This document shows, piece after piece, positions 9,988-18,987 of a stretch of 64,000 nt of DNA; positions within the stretch are counted from its first letter, which is position 1, and each line of letters opens with the position of its first letter. The position numbers were made by a program, and so were the translations under genes. The notes under the pieces were generated by a model that saw only the letters and a program-made list of their open reading frames with translations, was not told the origin of the DNA and did not search any database. The DNA comes from a virus (lineage: Duplodnaviria; Caudoviricetes), in IMG/VR virus record IMGVR_UViG_3300037089_000656, positions 1,980 through 65,979 of that record. One strand, given 5' to 3'.

Positions 9988-11496
9988 ATGCGTATAGTGG
10001 ATGTTACAAAAGCTTTTGTAAACGCTGGATTAAATTTTGAAGCAGGTCATAAATATGTCATGGCTGAGGATGTTGAGGGCCAGTATAGATCTACTTTTGG
10101 GGATAAGTTAGGCATGTCTTATCCATTTGAGACCGCTTATAAAAAATATAACGGACAGGATCTAACTAATAAGAGGATAATGACATTTAGGACGGGAGGC
10201 ATAGGGGATTTGTGCTTTGTCAATCCAGTTTTTAGGTATCTCAAGAAAAAGTATCCGGGATGTTTTATTAGAGTAGCTTCTGGCTGTAAGCAACCTTTAG
10301 AAAATTTGCCCGACATTGATGAATTGTACGATATGCCTTTTGATGCTAAACTTCTTGAAGACATGGATTACCATTTAATGTTTCAAGGAATTATAGAATC
10401 TTCGAATGAGCAATCGAAGAGGATGCATGCAACTGATATGTTTTTTAGCTATTTTGGCATAGACAGTTTGCAGTTCCCTAATGAGGATAAAGTACCTCGA
10501 TTGTTTTTTAAGAAAGAAGAATTTGATTGGCTCAAACCAATTCTAGTTAATATGGGTATAAAGGAAAGTGATTATGTGGTTGGGCTACAGATAGAGTCCT
10601 CGTCTCCTTTAAGAAATTTTCCAAGGGATAAAATTAAAATCATCGTTGATTTATTGGCTCAGGAAGAGAATACAAAAGTAGTCCTTATTGGAACTGAGCA
10701 ACATGAGATTACAGGTCAGTATTATAAAGGTAACAGTCCCAATGTTCTTCTCGCAACAAGATTTACAGTTCGTCAGGCCTTTGTCCTGGCCACCAGGTAC
10801 GATCTTGTTATATCCCCTGATACTTTCATGGTCCAAGTTGCAGGAGCTCTTGATAAGCCCTTGGTAGGCCTTTATGGGCCTTTCCCCAGTGAAGTTCGTA
10901 TGAAATATTTTAAAAATGCAATAGGCTTAGATCCCAGTGTGGCTTGCAGTCCTTGTTTTAAGCATGATTTTAGGCCCTGTGTTAAAGGTAATCCTTCTCC
11001 GTGCTTTTCACAAGTAAACATTGAAGATATTTTGCAGGCTATCGACTATCTTAAGAATAAATTTACTGGAAGTCATTTTAAATATATGATTCCTTTTTTA
11101 AGAGAGCCTAATCTGGCAGAAGTTGAAAAGTACATGATGTCTGCAGATAAAGGCCTTGCATTTTTCCCTAAGTATTTCAAGCATCCGAATGTTTTTTCGG
11201 TTGACACAAACCCTTATGTAAAAGCGGATATTTCTGACTTGAGTATGGCCTTTAATAGAGAGGCATATCCTTTTGTCCTGTATTTTAATGAGATTCAGCC
11301 GAAGTACATTAATTTATTCAATAATTCTAAAGGGTTTGTTCGTCCTGGAGGCTACTACATTGTTTACCGTGATAATGCTAACGAACAATTTTTTGATGAG
11401 ATTAAGAAGGATCTGGGAAGAAATTTCGTTCTTATGTTTTCTAAGTTTGATCCTAGTACTCGGGTTGCCATTGTTGTAGGTAAGAAAAACTATTAA
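9988..11496 (+). CDS. GT9 (heptosyltransferase-like) glycosyltransferase with C-terminal methyltransferase-like remnant
   Basis: RTGGIGDL, ISPDT...VAGALDKPLVGLYGP, CSPCFKH...C...C; C-terminal FVRPGGYY. Confidence 0.8.
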   Translation: MRIVDVTKAFVNAGLNFEAGHKYVMAEDVEGQYRSTFGDKLGMSYPFETAYKKYNGQDLTNKRIMTFRTGGIGDLCFVNPVFRYLKKKYPGCFIRVASGCKQPLENLPDIDELYDMPFDAKLLEDMDYHLMFQGIIESSNEQSKRMHATDMFFSYFGIDSLQFPNEDKVPRLFFKKEEFDWLKPILVNMGIKESDYVVGLQIESSSPLRNFPRDKIKIIVDLLAQEENTKVVLIGTEQHEITGQYYKGNSPNVLLATRFTVRQAFVLATRYDLVISPDTFMVQVAGALDKPLVGLYGPFPSEVRMKYFKNAIGLDPSVACSPCFKHDFRPCVKGNPSPCFSQVNIEDILQAIDYLKNKFTGSHFKYMIPFLREPNLAEVEKYMMSADKGLAFFPKYFKHPNVFSVDTNPYVKADISDLSMAFNREAYPFVLYFNEIQPKYINLFNNSKGFVRPGGYYIVYRDNANEQFFDEIKKDLGRNFVLMFSKFDPSTRVAIVVGKKNY

Positions 11497-11504
11497 GGAA
11501 CTAA

Positions 11505-11921
11505 ATGCAAGATCTAAATGACCTTAAGGCTGGGGATTTAATATTTCTTACAAAAGCTTTTGATGACTACTTACATCAGAAGAATCCTAAGATGACAGTC
11601 TCGGCCGTGAATCGCCTTGCCAAGCTTGAAGAGGTGATTGACTGGAAAAGCCCTAAAGGTAAGATGATAAAAGACATGAGGCTTAAGACCGGGAAGTGGA
11701 AAGGCCTTCCTCTCGAAGATAATAAATATATCGTATCTATTTATTATCATGATCTTGTAGGGAGGAAGGGAGAAAGAGGTGTGGTTGAACGTGGTGTGTC
11801 CATGTTTAGCCACCATCCGAAGAATCCGAAAGTTGCTTTTTTCGAGAAAGCTCCAGATTGGATTTATAAAGAGATCATGAAAAAATGCGAATCTTTTGAC
11901 GTTGTGTTAGAAGATAAATAA
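11505..11921 (+). CDS. hypothetical protein
   Basis: AAGGA SD; ORF. Confidence 0.6.
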   Translation: MQDLNDLKAGDLIFLTKAFDDYLHQKNPKMTVSAVNRLAKLEEVIDWKSPKGKMIKDMRLKTGKWKGLPLEDNKYIVSIYYHDLVGRKGERGVVERGVSMFSHHPKNPKVAFFEKAPDWIYKEIMKKCESFDVVLEDK

Positions 11922-11934
11922 GATAGAATAAAAT

Positions 11935-12678
11935 ATGTTCCTTGATCGAATAGTAAAAAGCTGCAACAGCTCTATCCATAACTATCCCGAGACCTTACGG
12001 TATTTACAATCCCGCCTTGTCAGTCTGGATGATGTTAAGAAATATGAAATTGGTTACAGTAGCCTTTTTATAGTCCCCAAGGACTCGGGCCCAGACTGGG
12101 AACGATTTAACGATTATTCTTTTAGAGGTAGAAAGTTTGAAAACAAACTGATATTTCCTCTTAAAAATGCTATGGGAGAAAATGTAGGCCTTGGAGGTCG
12201 AGCTATCAGTTCTAAAGATTTTAAAATATTTGCTACTGATGAAGCGAAATTTACAGGATTCTTTTTTGGGTTTTTCGAGGCTCTACCATATATCTATAAA
12301 GAAAATAAGGTCTATGTTGTTGAAGGGTTCTTCGACTTACTTGCAATGCAAAAAATTTATCCGAATACAATTGCTGCTTTAACTGCAAGCTTGAATAACG
12401 TACAATATCAGCTACTAAGATTCTATTGTGATAACATAATAGTGTTTTTTGATTCAGATAAAACTGGGGATAAAGGTCGAGACAAGGCCATGGCCAGGAA
12501 TCAGGAAGGGTCTGTCGATCTTATGACAAAGCAAAATGTTCGATCGATATGTTTGCAGTCTTCTTCAGGGTTTCAAGGTTATAAGGACCCTGCTAAGTAT
12601 TTGGAAATGTTTGGACTAAAAGCTTTTAAAAATTATATGCAGAAACAAATTGATTCGGTTCCACCTTTTCTTCTTTGA
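11935..12678 (+). CDS. dnaG: DnaG-type primase catalytic core/TOPRIM, no Zn-binding domain
   Basis: YLQSR, LIFPL...GLGGRAI, VVEGFFDL, FFDSDKTG, KDPA. Confidence 0.85.
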   Translation: MFLDRIVKSCNSSIHNYPETLRYLQSRLVSLDDVKKYEIGYSSLFIVPKDSGPDWERFNDYSFRGRKFENKLIFPLKNAMGENVGLGGRAISSKDFKIFATDEAKFTGFFFGFFEALPYIYKENKVYVVEGFFDLLAMQKIYPNTIAALTASLNNVQYQLLRFYCDNIIVFFDSDKTGDKGRDKAMARNQEGSVDLMTKQNVRSICLQSSSGFQGYKDPAKYLEMFGLKAFKNYMQKQIDSVPPFLL

Positions 12679-12949
12679 GGATATGATGGATTTAACAACG
12701 TTGATGTCAGGTAGAGGTTTTGTATTTACCTGTCTTATGGGTACAGGGGAGAATGCTGTATACGACTTCGTGACTCCCGATAATGTTCATTGTGAGATAT
12801 GTATTAAAGATGAAAGTTTCATTCTTAGTTATGTGACTGATTCTTATCATGTGTTAAAGGCCGGTAAAGCAAGTCCTTATACGAATGATAAGCATTTTAA
12901 ACGTTTATTTACTAAATTCATGGTTGATGTGAATAAATTGAGAGGGTAG
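12650..12949 (+). CDS. hypothetical protein (likely start ATG ~12683)
   Basis: GAGGA precedes ATGATG. Confidence 0.55.
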   Translation: MIRFHLFFFEDMMDLTTLMSGRGFVFTCLMGTGENAVYDFVTPDNVHCEICIKDESFILSYVTDSYHVLKAGKASPYTNDKHFKRLFTKFMVDVNKLRG

Positions 12950-12950
12950 G

Positions 12951-13277
12951 ATGAATAAAGAACCAATAACAGCACAGAGCTATGTTCTTTATACTGACGG
13001 AGGACAGTGGCTCGGCCAGGTTGTTTTGACTAGTAATGGGATGTACGCTTCGGTTACGGATTGGGGAAATTACTCTTTCGCTTGGACAAGTATTGGAGAT
13101 CGTACTTTTAAAGAGTTTTTATTGAGTATTGATGAAGGGTATTTTGCGACTAAGATGTATACTGGTATGGCTTATCTGGTTGCTACAAAAAAGATTGAAC
13201 AAGCCTGTAATAGATACGCCAATCATATTCTTCCAGCATTGAAAAAGGTTTTGATAGAGGAGATGAATCATGTATAA
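12951..13277 (+). CDS. hypothetical phage protein
   Basis: ORF; VTDWGNYSFAW. Confidence 0.65.
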   Translation: MNKEPITAQSYVLYTDGGQWLGQVVLTSNGMYASVTDWGNYSFAWTSIGDRTFKEFLLSIDEGYFATKMYTGMAYLVATKKIEQACNRYANHILPALKKVLIEEMNHV

Positions 13278-13575
13278 GTCTTTTAAAGAATTTATATACG
13301 CAATGAGGGCTCATTCCTGTTTAAATAAAAATCTGATTCCTGCTGACGATCCTAGTAATGATATATGGTCAGCAAAGGCTGAAGAAAGGGAGCCTCTAAA
13401 ATACCCTTCCATGGGTTATCTTTGTCAAGGGTGTGAAGAAGATTTTAGAATAGAATTAAGAAATTGTAAGTCTGATGATGAAGAATTTGAACCTGTATTA
13501 AAAGATACCTTAAAGAGTGGTGATAGAGTTAAACTAAGAAATTATTTGAATGATTTTAATAAAACGATTCAATAA
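13270..13575 (+). CDS. hypothetical protein
   Basis: GAGGAG SD; ORF. Confidence 0.6.
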   Translation: MYKSFKEFIYAMRAHSCLNKNLIPADDPSNDIWSAKAEEREPLKYPSMGYLCQGCEEDFRIELRNCKSDDEEFEPVLKDTLKSGDRVKLRNYLNDFNKTIQ

Positions 13576-13585
13576 AGGAGATAAA

Positions 13586-14602
13586 ATGGACAAGGAATTA
13601 GCAACGCTTATTCAGAGACTGCAGGATTACCAAAAGGGCTGTGAAGAAAAATGCCTTGATTTCCAGGCTTTGAAGTTCGAAGCAAAAGAGAGTGAGATGA
13701 GGCTTTACACTCCCATGCGGTCGTATTTTTTTAAAAACGACCCTAAGAATCCAAGGGATCCTAAGATTATTCATGCTGCAAAGCAGTTTTGTAAGATTCA
13801 AAAGATTCCTTATTCTTTTTTTGCTAAACAACCCGAGTATATGAAGAACCAGCTCGTGGAATGTTGGCTTCCTACTATTAAGCCCGATAAGTCGGCTGTT
13901 CTTGCAAAGCTACGTAAGACCAAGACCGAGGACTCGGACATTATTAGGGCCTTACTTCCAGTTGAGTTTACAAATATTCCCAATGCGGAAGTCGTAGAGA
14001 TGATTGCCGAAGCGATTAAGGATGCTTTTAGAGTAGAGTTTGTTATTGGCGACGATCGAGATGATATAATTCTACATGTAAGATTTATTTCCAATGAGGT
14101 TTTCACGGTTTGTGGCGATGAGTGTTCTACAGGATTCTCGGTCATTGCGAGTGAGCTTGGAGCTACTCCTATATCTGTAGAGACCATGTTGTTTCGGAAT
14201 GCCTCAAAAGGAGCTATGGTTGCAAGTTATAGTGGAGAATCTTACTTCGAGACCAATTATGAAGGGATTCAGCCTGCTGCCTTGAGGGAATTATTTCCAC
14301 GTTTGATCGGTTGTTTGCAGGAACAGTTATCTGATCTGGAAGAAAGAGTTAAATCGGCAAACGAAACTATAATAAAAAAGGAAGATGCGGGAGATCTTTT
14401 GCAGAATATTAGGCTTAGAAAAGGTCTTAGTGATAAGTTTCATACTCTTCTTCTTCAGGAAATTGAAAGTAATCCAGTTGAGAATAGGTGGGACTTTGTG
14501 AATCGTATGGCTATTCTTGCTAAGGATTTTGATGTTGTGACTCGAGTACGTATTGAAAAATTGGCTGGTGAGCTTATTGGTCTTCTTTTTGATAAGGCTT
14601 AA
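13586..14602 (+). CDS. DUF932-like phage protein
   Basis: AAAGGAG SD before ATG 13586; QFCKIQKIP, IRALL, TGFSVIASELG and MLFRNA resemble the DUF932-type pattern. Confidence 0.55.
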   Translation: MDKELATLIQRLQDYQKGCEEKCLDFQALKFEAKESEMRLYTPMRSYFFKNDPKNPRDPKIIHAAKQFCKIQKIPYSFFAKQPEYMKNQLVECWLPTIKPDKSAVLAKLRKTKTEDSDIIRALLPVEFTNIPNAEVVEMIAEAIKDAFRVEFVIGDDRDDIILHVRFISNEVFTVCGDECSTGFSVIASELGATPISVETMLFRNASKGAMVASYSGESYFETNYEGIQPAALRELFPRLIGCLQEQLSDLEERVKSANETIIKKEDAGDLLQNIRLRKGLSDKFHTLLLQEIESNPVENRWDFVNRMAILAKDFDVVTRVRIEKLAGELIGLLFDKA

Positions 14603-14974
14603 ATGACATACGTATCGAAAAAGGAACAGGAACTTAAAGAGATCCGATTACAAGGCATGGGTTGGACGGTTTATATCGTAGCCTGTGCCGATGGTTCCTT
14701 TTTTACTGGTATAGCACGGGACATGAAAAGAGAGATGTTTGGGATCTATAAAGCTCGAGGAAAGAAGTACTTCGTGCGTCATCCAGAACTTCTTCCTTTA
14801 AAAATAGTTTATCAGGAGGATCATGTCCCTTTTCGAGAAGCCTTCGCAAAATTAAGTTATTTGAGGGATTGTAATAGAACAGCTAAGCTTTATATTATTA
14901 AAAACCAGATGTTTGGTTGTAGTTGGAAAATGTATCTTCGTGGATTTCGTGACAAAAACACCGAAACCACTTGA
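14603..14974 (+). CDS. GIY-YIG nuclease family protein
   Basis: WTVYIVACADGSFFTGIA. Confidence 0.8.
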   Translation: MTYVSKKEQELKEIRLQGMGWTVYIVACADGSFFTGIARDMKREMFGIYKARGKKYFVRHPELLPLKIVYQEDHVPFREAFAKLSYLRDCNRTAKLYIIKNQMFGCSWKMYLRGFRDKNTETT

Positions 14975-15092
14975 TTTTTATATATCAAAAGAGTATTATT
15001 AAAATATGAGTTAGAACAAGATTTATTATCTGGTATTAAAAGATAATTAAATTTGTTTAATCTCTTAACTTCTTAATTTTAAGGCGGTTTTT

Positions 15093-16460
15093 ACGAAACT
15101 CTCACAAAAATACAGACCTTCTAAGTTCGGAGAAGTTATTGGCCAAGAGGCCGCAGTAGAAGTACTTAAGGCTATTATTGCCAGAAATACGTATGGTTCA
15201 GCCTATTTATTCTCCGGTCCTCCAGGAACTGGTAAAACAACACTAGGTAGAATTTTTTCCAAGGCTTCATTATGTGATAGTAGAGTAGATGGTGAACCCT
15301 GTGGGGTCTGTGAATCTTGCCAGCTTTTTACTAAGCAACAGCATTTTGGGTACATAGAGTTAGACTCAGCCTCGGTCGGAGGAAAAGATGATATGATAAA
15401 ACTCCGAAACGAGGCTTCTTTTTTATCTGTTGTTAAGAAAAAAATAATACTCCTTGACGAATGCCACGATATAAGTAAGGCCGGTCAGGATGCTCTTCTT
15501 GAACAGGTGGAGCAATGCCCAGAACACCTGATTTATATATTCTGTACAACTGATCCAGATAAAATGAAAAAACCGTTACGGGATCGATGTACTCAATTTC
15601 AGTTCAATAAAGTTGATTTAGGTCTTATTATAAAAAGATTGCAGTATGTGTGTGACCAAGAAAAACTTATCTACGAAGAAAAAGCTTTAAGCTTGATTTC
15701 TGTCAGGTCTGAGGGTCATGTAAGAATAGCTTTAAATTTATTAGAGGAAGTGGCTTATCTTGGGTCTATCACAGTAAAAAACTTTGAAGTTATTTCTCGA
15801 GATTATACTGCCGAGATTTTTAATATACTCGTGAATCTCGGGAAAGATCTTCCGAAAGTAATGGAGTCATATAAGTCGATCTCAGCTTATCTGACTCCTT
15901 TTGATTTTTATAACCAGCTTTTGACCATGGTTAATGAGGCTTGCAAGGCTCTTTATGGGTATGAAGGTACGTTTGCTTATAGTGAGTACTCACTGAAATT
16001 AAAAGAAGTCCATGGTTATGCCTTATTAGAATTTTTGAATTATCTCATATCTAGGGATAAATTTGTTGATAAAATAGGAATGCAGAGCGATTTAATAATT
16101 CTGCATTATAAATTTGGCTCGAATGTTTTCGTGCAAAAGGAACCCCCTAAAATAGTCGTTCCTCAAAATTCAATACCAACACAAAATGCTCCTGCGGTAA
16201 CAATACCACAGGAGACTACAAAAGCTTCTTCGCTATCTTTCGATTCCCTTAGAAAAATGGACCTCAGTGAAAAAACTAGAGTCCTACGGGAACATCAGAT
16301 GCGAAACACAAAAACGGAGCAAGAAGATCCACAAAGAGTACCGGCCGTTTGGCCACTACCAAAAGAGAACCGTACAGGGGAAAACAGTTTGGATGAGGAT
16401 GAGTTATCTCCCGAAGAATTCTCGAGACTTTTGGTAGGAGGCCGTGGTGGTGTCGTCTAA
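15093..16460 (+). CDS. dnaX: DNA polymerase III gamma/tau clamp loader; start inferred at ACG 15093
   Basis: The frame is open from 15069. It encodes KLSQKYRPSKFGEVIGQE, Walker A GPPGTGKTT and Zn module C...PCGVCESC upstream of the track's ATG 15393, then LLDECH and LRDRC. Confidence 0.88.
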   Translation, partial: TKLSQKYRPSKFGEVIGQEAAVEVLKAIIARNTYGSAYLFSGPPGTGKTTLGRIFSKASLCDSRVDGEPCGVCESCQLFTKQQHFGYIELDSASVGGKDDMIKLRNEASFLSVVKKKIILLDECHDISKAGQDALLEQVEQCPEHLIYIFCTTDPDKMKKPLRDRCTQFQFNKVDLGLIIKRLQYVCDQEKLIYEEKALSLISVRSEGHVRIALNLLEEVAYLGSITVKNFEVISRDYTAEIFNILVNLGKDLPKVMESYKSISAYLTPFDFYNQLLTMVNEACKALYGYEGTFAYSEYSLKLKEVHGYALLEFLNYLISRDKFVDKIGMQSDLIILHYKFGSNVFVQKEPPKIVVPQNSIPTQNAPAVTIPQETTKASSLSFDSLRKMDLSEKTRVLREHQMRNTKTEQEDPQRVPAVWPLPKENRTGENSLDEDELSPEEFSRLLVGGRGGVV

Positions 16461-17004
16461 TTACCTAATTCTTGAAATCAGTGATAATTCTGAATCTATC
16501 GAATATCGTGATATAGAAGCTGCTATGATTACGATGTTTGGAGATGCTGAAGAATATTTTATTCCTATATACCATGAGAAAATAGGATCATACACAAGTT
16601 CGAGCGTTCTTATGGAAGGCTATGCTTTTATAAAAGATAGCCCTCATGTTCGAAGTTGCTTAGTAAATATAAAGGAACAGAGAATTTTTGCAAGAGCTCT
16701 TTGTCATGGCGGAAGATTTGAAACGGTTAACTCAACTGTTATTGCCGTATTAAAGAGAAAATTAAAGCATTCGCTTCGGAGACGCTATTCTGTTGGAGAT
16801 AAGGTTAAGGTTCTGGATGGCATTTTTAAAGGATTGTCTGGAGAAGTGATCTCGATTGAAGATAGCGGAAAAACGATAATGATAAAAATTAAAAGGGTTT
16901 CCCGAGAGATGATTGCTCCAGTTCCTGCCACACTTCTTGAAAAGATAGAAGATATTATAGTTATAGGGCGTGAGATAAAGGAAGAATATGATGAATCTAT
17001 GTAA
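16444..17004 (+). CDS. nusG: NusG-family transcription factor (NGN + KOW)
   Basis: LMEGYAFI; KOW YSVGDKVKVLDGIFKGLSGEV. Confidence 0.8.
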   Translation: MVVSSNYLILEISDNSESIEYRDIEAAMITMFGDAEEYFIPIYHEKIGSYTSSSVLMEGYAFIKDSPHVRSCLVNIKEQRIFARALCHGGRFETVNSTVIAVLKRKLKHSLRRRYSVGDKVKVLDGIFKGLSGEVISIEDSGKTIMIKIKRVSREMIAPVPATLLEKIEDIIVIGREIKEEYDESM

Positions 17005-17176
17005 AGACTGGAATTCTTGGCATATTAGATTAACTAAATCTGCTCCTTTTTATGCTTATCCAGGTCATTTACAGGAAATTAAAATAGGCCCTGTTACTTT
17101 ATGGCGTACAAAAAACGTGATAGCTAAAATTTGTAAATATTTGAAAAAGAGAAAAAATGGACCATTTAATAATTGA
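16988..17176 (+). CDS. hypothetical protein
   Basis: Small ORF overlapping both neighbours. Confidence 0.4.
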   Translation: MMNLCKDWNSWHIRLTKSAPFYAYPGHLQEIKIGPVTLWRTKNVIAKICKYLKKRKNGPFNN

Positions 17177-18068
17177 TGGATTCGGGCTTGTTTTTCGATC
17201 CCATTTTGCCTTTTTAAATTTACAGACAACTCGAGGAGTCTCTTCGGGAAGTGTGTATGGTTTTTTAGTTAGTCTACGCTCAATTAAAAATAGATTTCCT
17301 CAGTGCCATGTTACAATTGCCTGGGATAGTTACTCAAGAAGACGTAAAGAATTATTCCCCGAATATAAAGCCACCCGACCTAAATTCACCCTCTCAGAAC
17401 AAGTCTTAGATCTTAAAGAACTCTTCAAACACTTAAATGTTGATCAAGCTGAATGTGAAAATGAAGAGGGGGATGATGTTATTGCCACTCTTACTAAAAG
17501 ATTTCTTGAAGAAGATAATCAGATTTTCATTTATACGGCCGATAAGGATATGCTACAGCTCGTCAAAGATGGTAGGGTGATAGTTATCAGGCCCAAGTCA
17601 GGGGCTAGGCCTGAGAGGACTTTTGATGAGGAAGAAATTAAAAAAGAATATGGTGTTGGCCCTGAAGATTTAGTCTCTTATTTTTGCTTTCGGGGTGATA
17701 AAATTGATAATATTCCTGGGGTATCAATGCTACGTAGTGCTTGTATTGTTGATCTTGTTAAGAAATATAAGAGCCCAGAAGAAATATATAAGAATTTGGA
17801 GAATGAAAAATTAACCCACTTTGCTAAACAATCCTTATTAGGTTTTGAATCTCAGGCATACCTCAATACGGGGCTTGTTAAACTTCAAGAAGATCTTAAT
17901 TTTGATATTACTAAAGGTATTCCGGATCCTTTGTTGATAGCTCCTGTAATAGAAAAGTATGAAATGAACTCTATAAGACCGGAAACATTCACAAAGGTTT
18001 TTACCGACGTCACGGGCTTTTCTAATAGAAGAAGTCCGGCCATTAAAAGTTTTTCTTTATTTGATTAA
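17157..18068 (+). CDS. 5'-3' exonuclease/flap endonuclease (PolA N-terminal-like)
   Basis: LIIDG, EYKATR, EGDDVIAT, TADKDMLQL, GDKIDNIPGV. Confidence 0.92.
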   Translation: MDHLIIDGFGLVFRSHFAFLNLQTTRGVSSGSVYGFLVSLRSIKNRFPQCHVTIAWDSYSRRRKELFPEYKATRPKFTLSEQVLDLKELFKHLNVDQAECENEEGDDVIATLTKRFLEEDNQIFIYTADKDMLQLVKDGRVIVIRPKSGARPERTFDEEEIKKEYGVGPEDLVSYFCFRGDKIDNIPGVSMLRSACIVDLVKKYKSPEEIYKNLENEKLTHFAKQSLLGFESQAYLNTGLVKLQEDLNFDITKGIPDPLLIAPVIEKYEMNSIRPETFTKVFTDVTGFSNRRSPAIKSFSLFD

Positions 18069-18082
18069 GAAAGCAGGTAAAC

Positions 18083-18721
18083 ATGAAGGTAAGCTCAGTA
18101 TTAAAGAACATGGATTTTATGGAGATGGATGCTAGATTTTCTAACGAGAATGCTATAAAATACGGTGACTTTATGAATGAGTCTGTTGCTTTCGAGGAGA
18201 TAAAGCCCTTTCTTAATCGACTTCCTCTTCGTGAGTATGATCTGGTGGAACTTTATTATGTCGATCGTAAAAACCAGAAAGATATAGCTAAGATGTTTGG
18301 TGTGACTCAAGGAGCAATATCGAGCCGTCTTTCTCGAGCTAAGAAAAGATTAATATTCCTACGTGATTTACCAAAAATTACAGAAGAAGAAATTGACTGT
18401 GATTTGTCGAAATTGTTTGAAGAGATTGAACGTGAAATTATTAAATACATGATGAAGACTACATGTCAAAGTAAAACGGCTCAATTAATAAATGAGAAAT
18501 ATAATCTGATTGATGAAAAGAAAAAGATGACTCAGGTCAAAGTGCGACATCGTTTTGAAAAGTGTTTATTAAGGTTAAAAGAGGAAATGAAGGGGAATCC
18601 TGATCTTAAGAAGTATTATAATTTATTATCTTTTATAAAAGAAAATTTGTATAAATTACATGAAGTAATATTGCCCCACTTTGACCGTGGTAAATTCGCT
18701 GTGTTTTCAATGCAGACTTAG
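18083..18721 (+). CDS. sigma-70 region 4-containing phage transcription factor
   Basis: LNRLPLRE...QKDIAKMFGVTQGAISSRLSRAKKRL, plus a second HTH-like segment. Confidence 0.75.
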   Translation: MKVSSVLKNMDFMEMDARFSNENAIKYGDFMNESVAFEEIKPFLNRLPLREYDLVELYYVDRKNQKDIAKMFGVTQGAISSRLSRAKKRLIFLRDLPKITEEEIDCDLSKLFEEIEREIIKYMMKTTCQSKTAQLINEKYNLIDEKKKMTQVKVRHRFEKCLLRLKEEMKGNPDLKKYYNLLSFIKENLYKLHEVILPHFDRGKFAVFSMQT

Positions 18722-18729
18722 AGGCTAAT

Positions 18730-18987
18730 ATGGATCGTTATAGTATAGCCTTAGGTAAAGAGTCTCCTTATGTTAAAGTTAAGGTGATTGTTTACAAAGA
18801 ACCTGAGATAACTCCTTCTGAAAAAGGAGTTTTAGCTGATTATCTAAAAGATTCTGAGAATAGATATAGATTTGCAGAGTTAATGGCTGGGCCCTTGAGG
18901 GCCAGACGTGATTACACCTCTCTTGCTCGACAAGCTTTTTCAGTAAGCCCTATTCCTCCTGGAGCTCTATCTCATGGATCGGTATAG
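18730..18987 (+). CDS. truncated duplicate of the capsid-like protein N-terminus
   Basis: MDRYSIALGK and LMAGPLRARRDYTSLARQAFSVSPIPPG parallel the next ORF. Confidence 0.6.
   Translation: MDRYSIALGKESPYVKVKVIVYKEPEITPSEKGVLADYLKDSENRYRFAELMAGPLRARRDYTSLARQAFSVSPIPPGALSHGSV

Noticed and set aside
15393-16460. E. coli-type dnaX gamma/tau -1 frameshift
   Set aside because: I saw no A-AAA-AAG heptamer with a downstream hairpin at the expected position.
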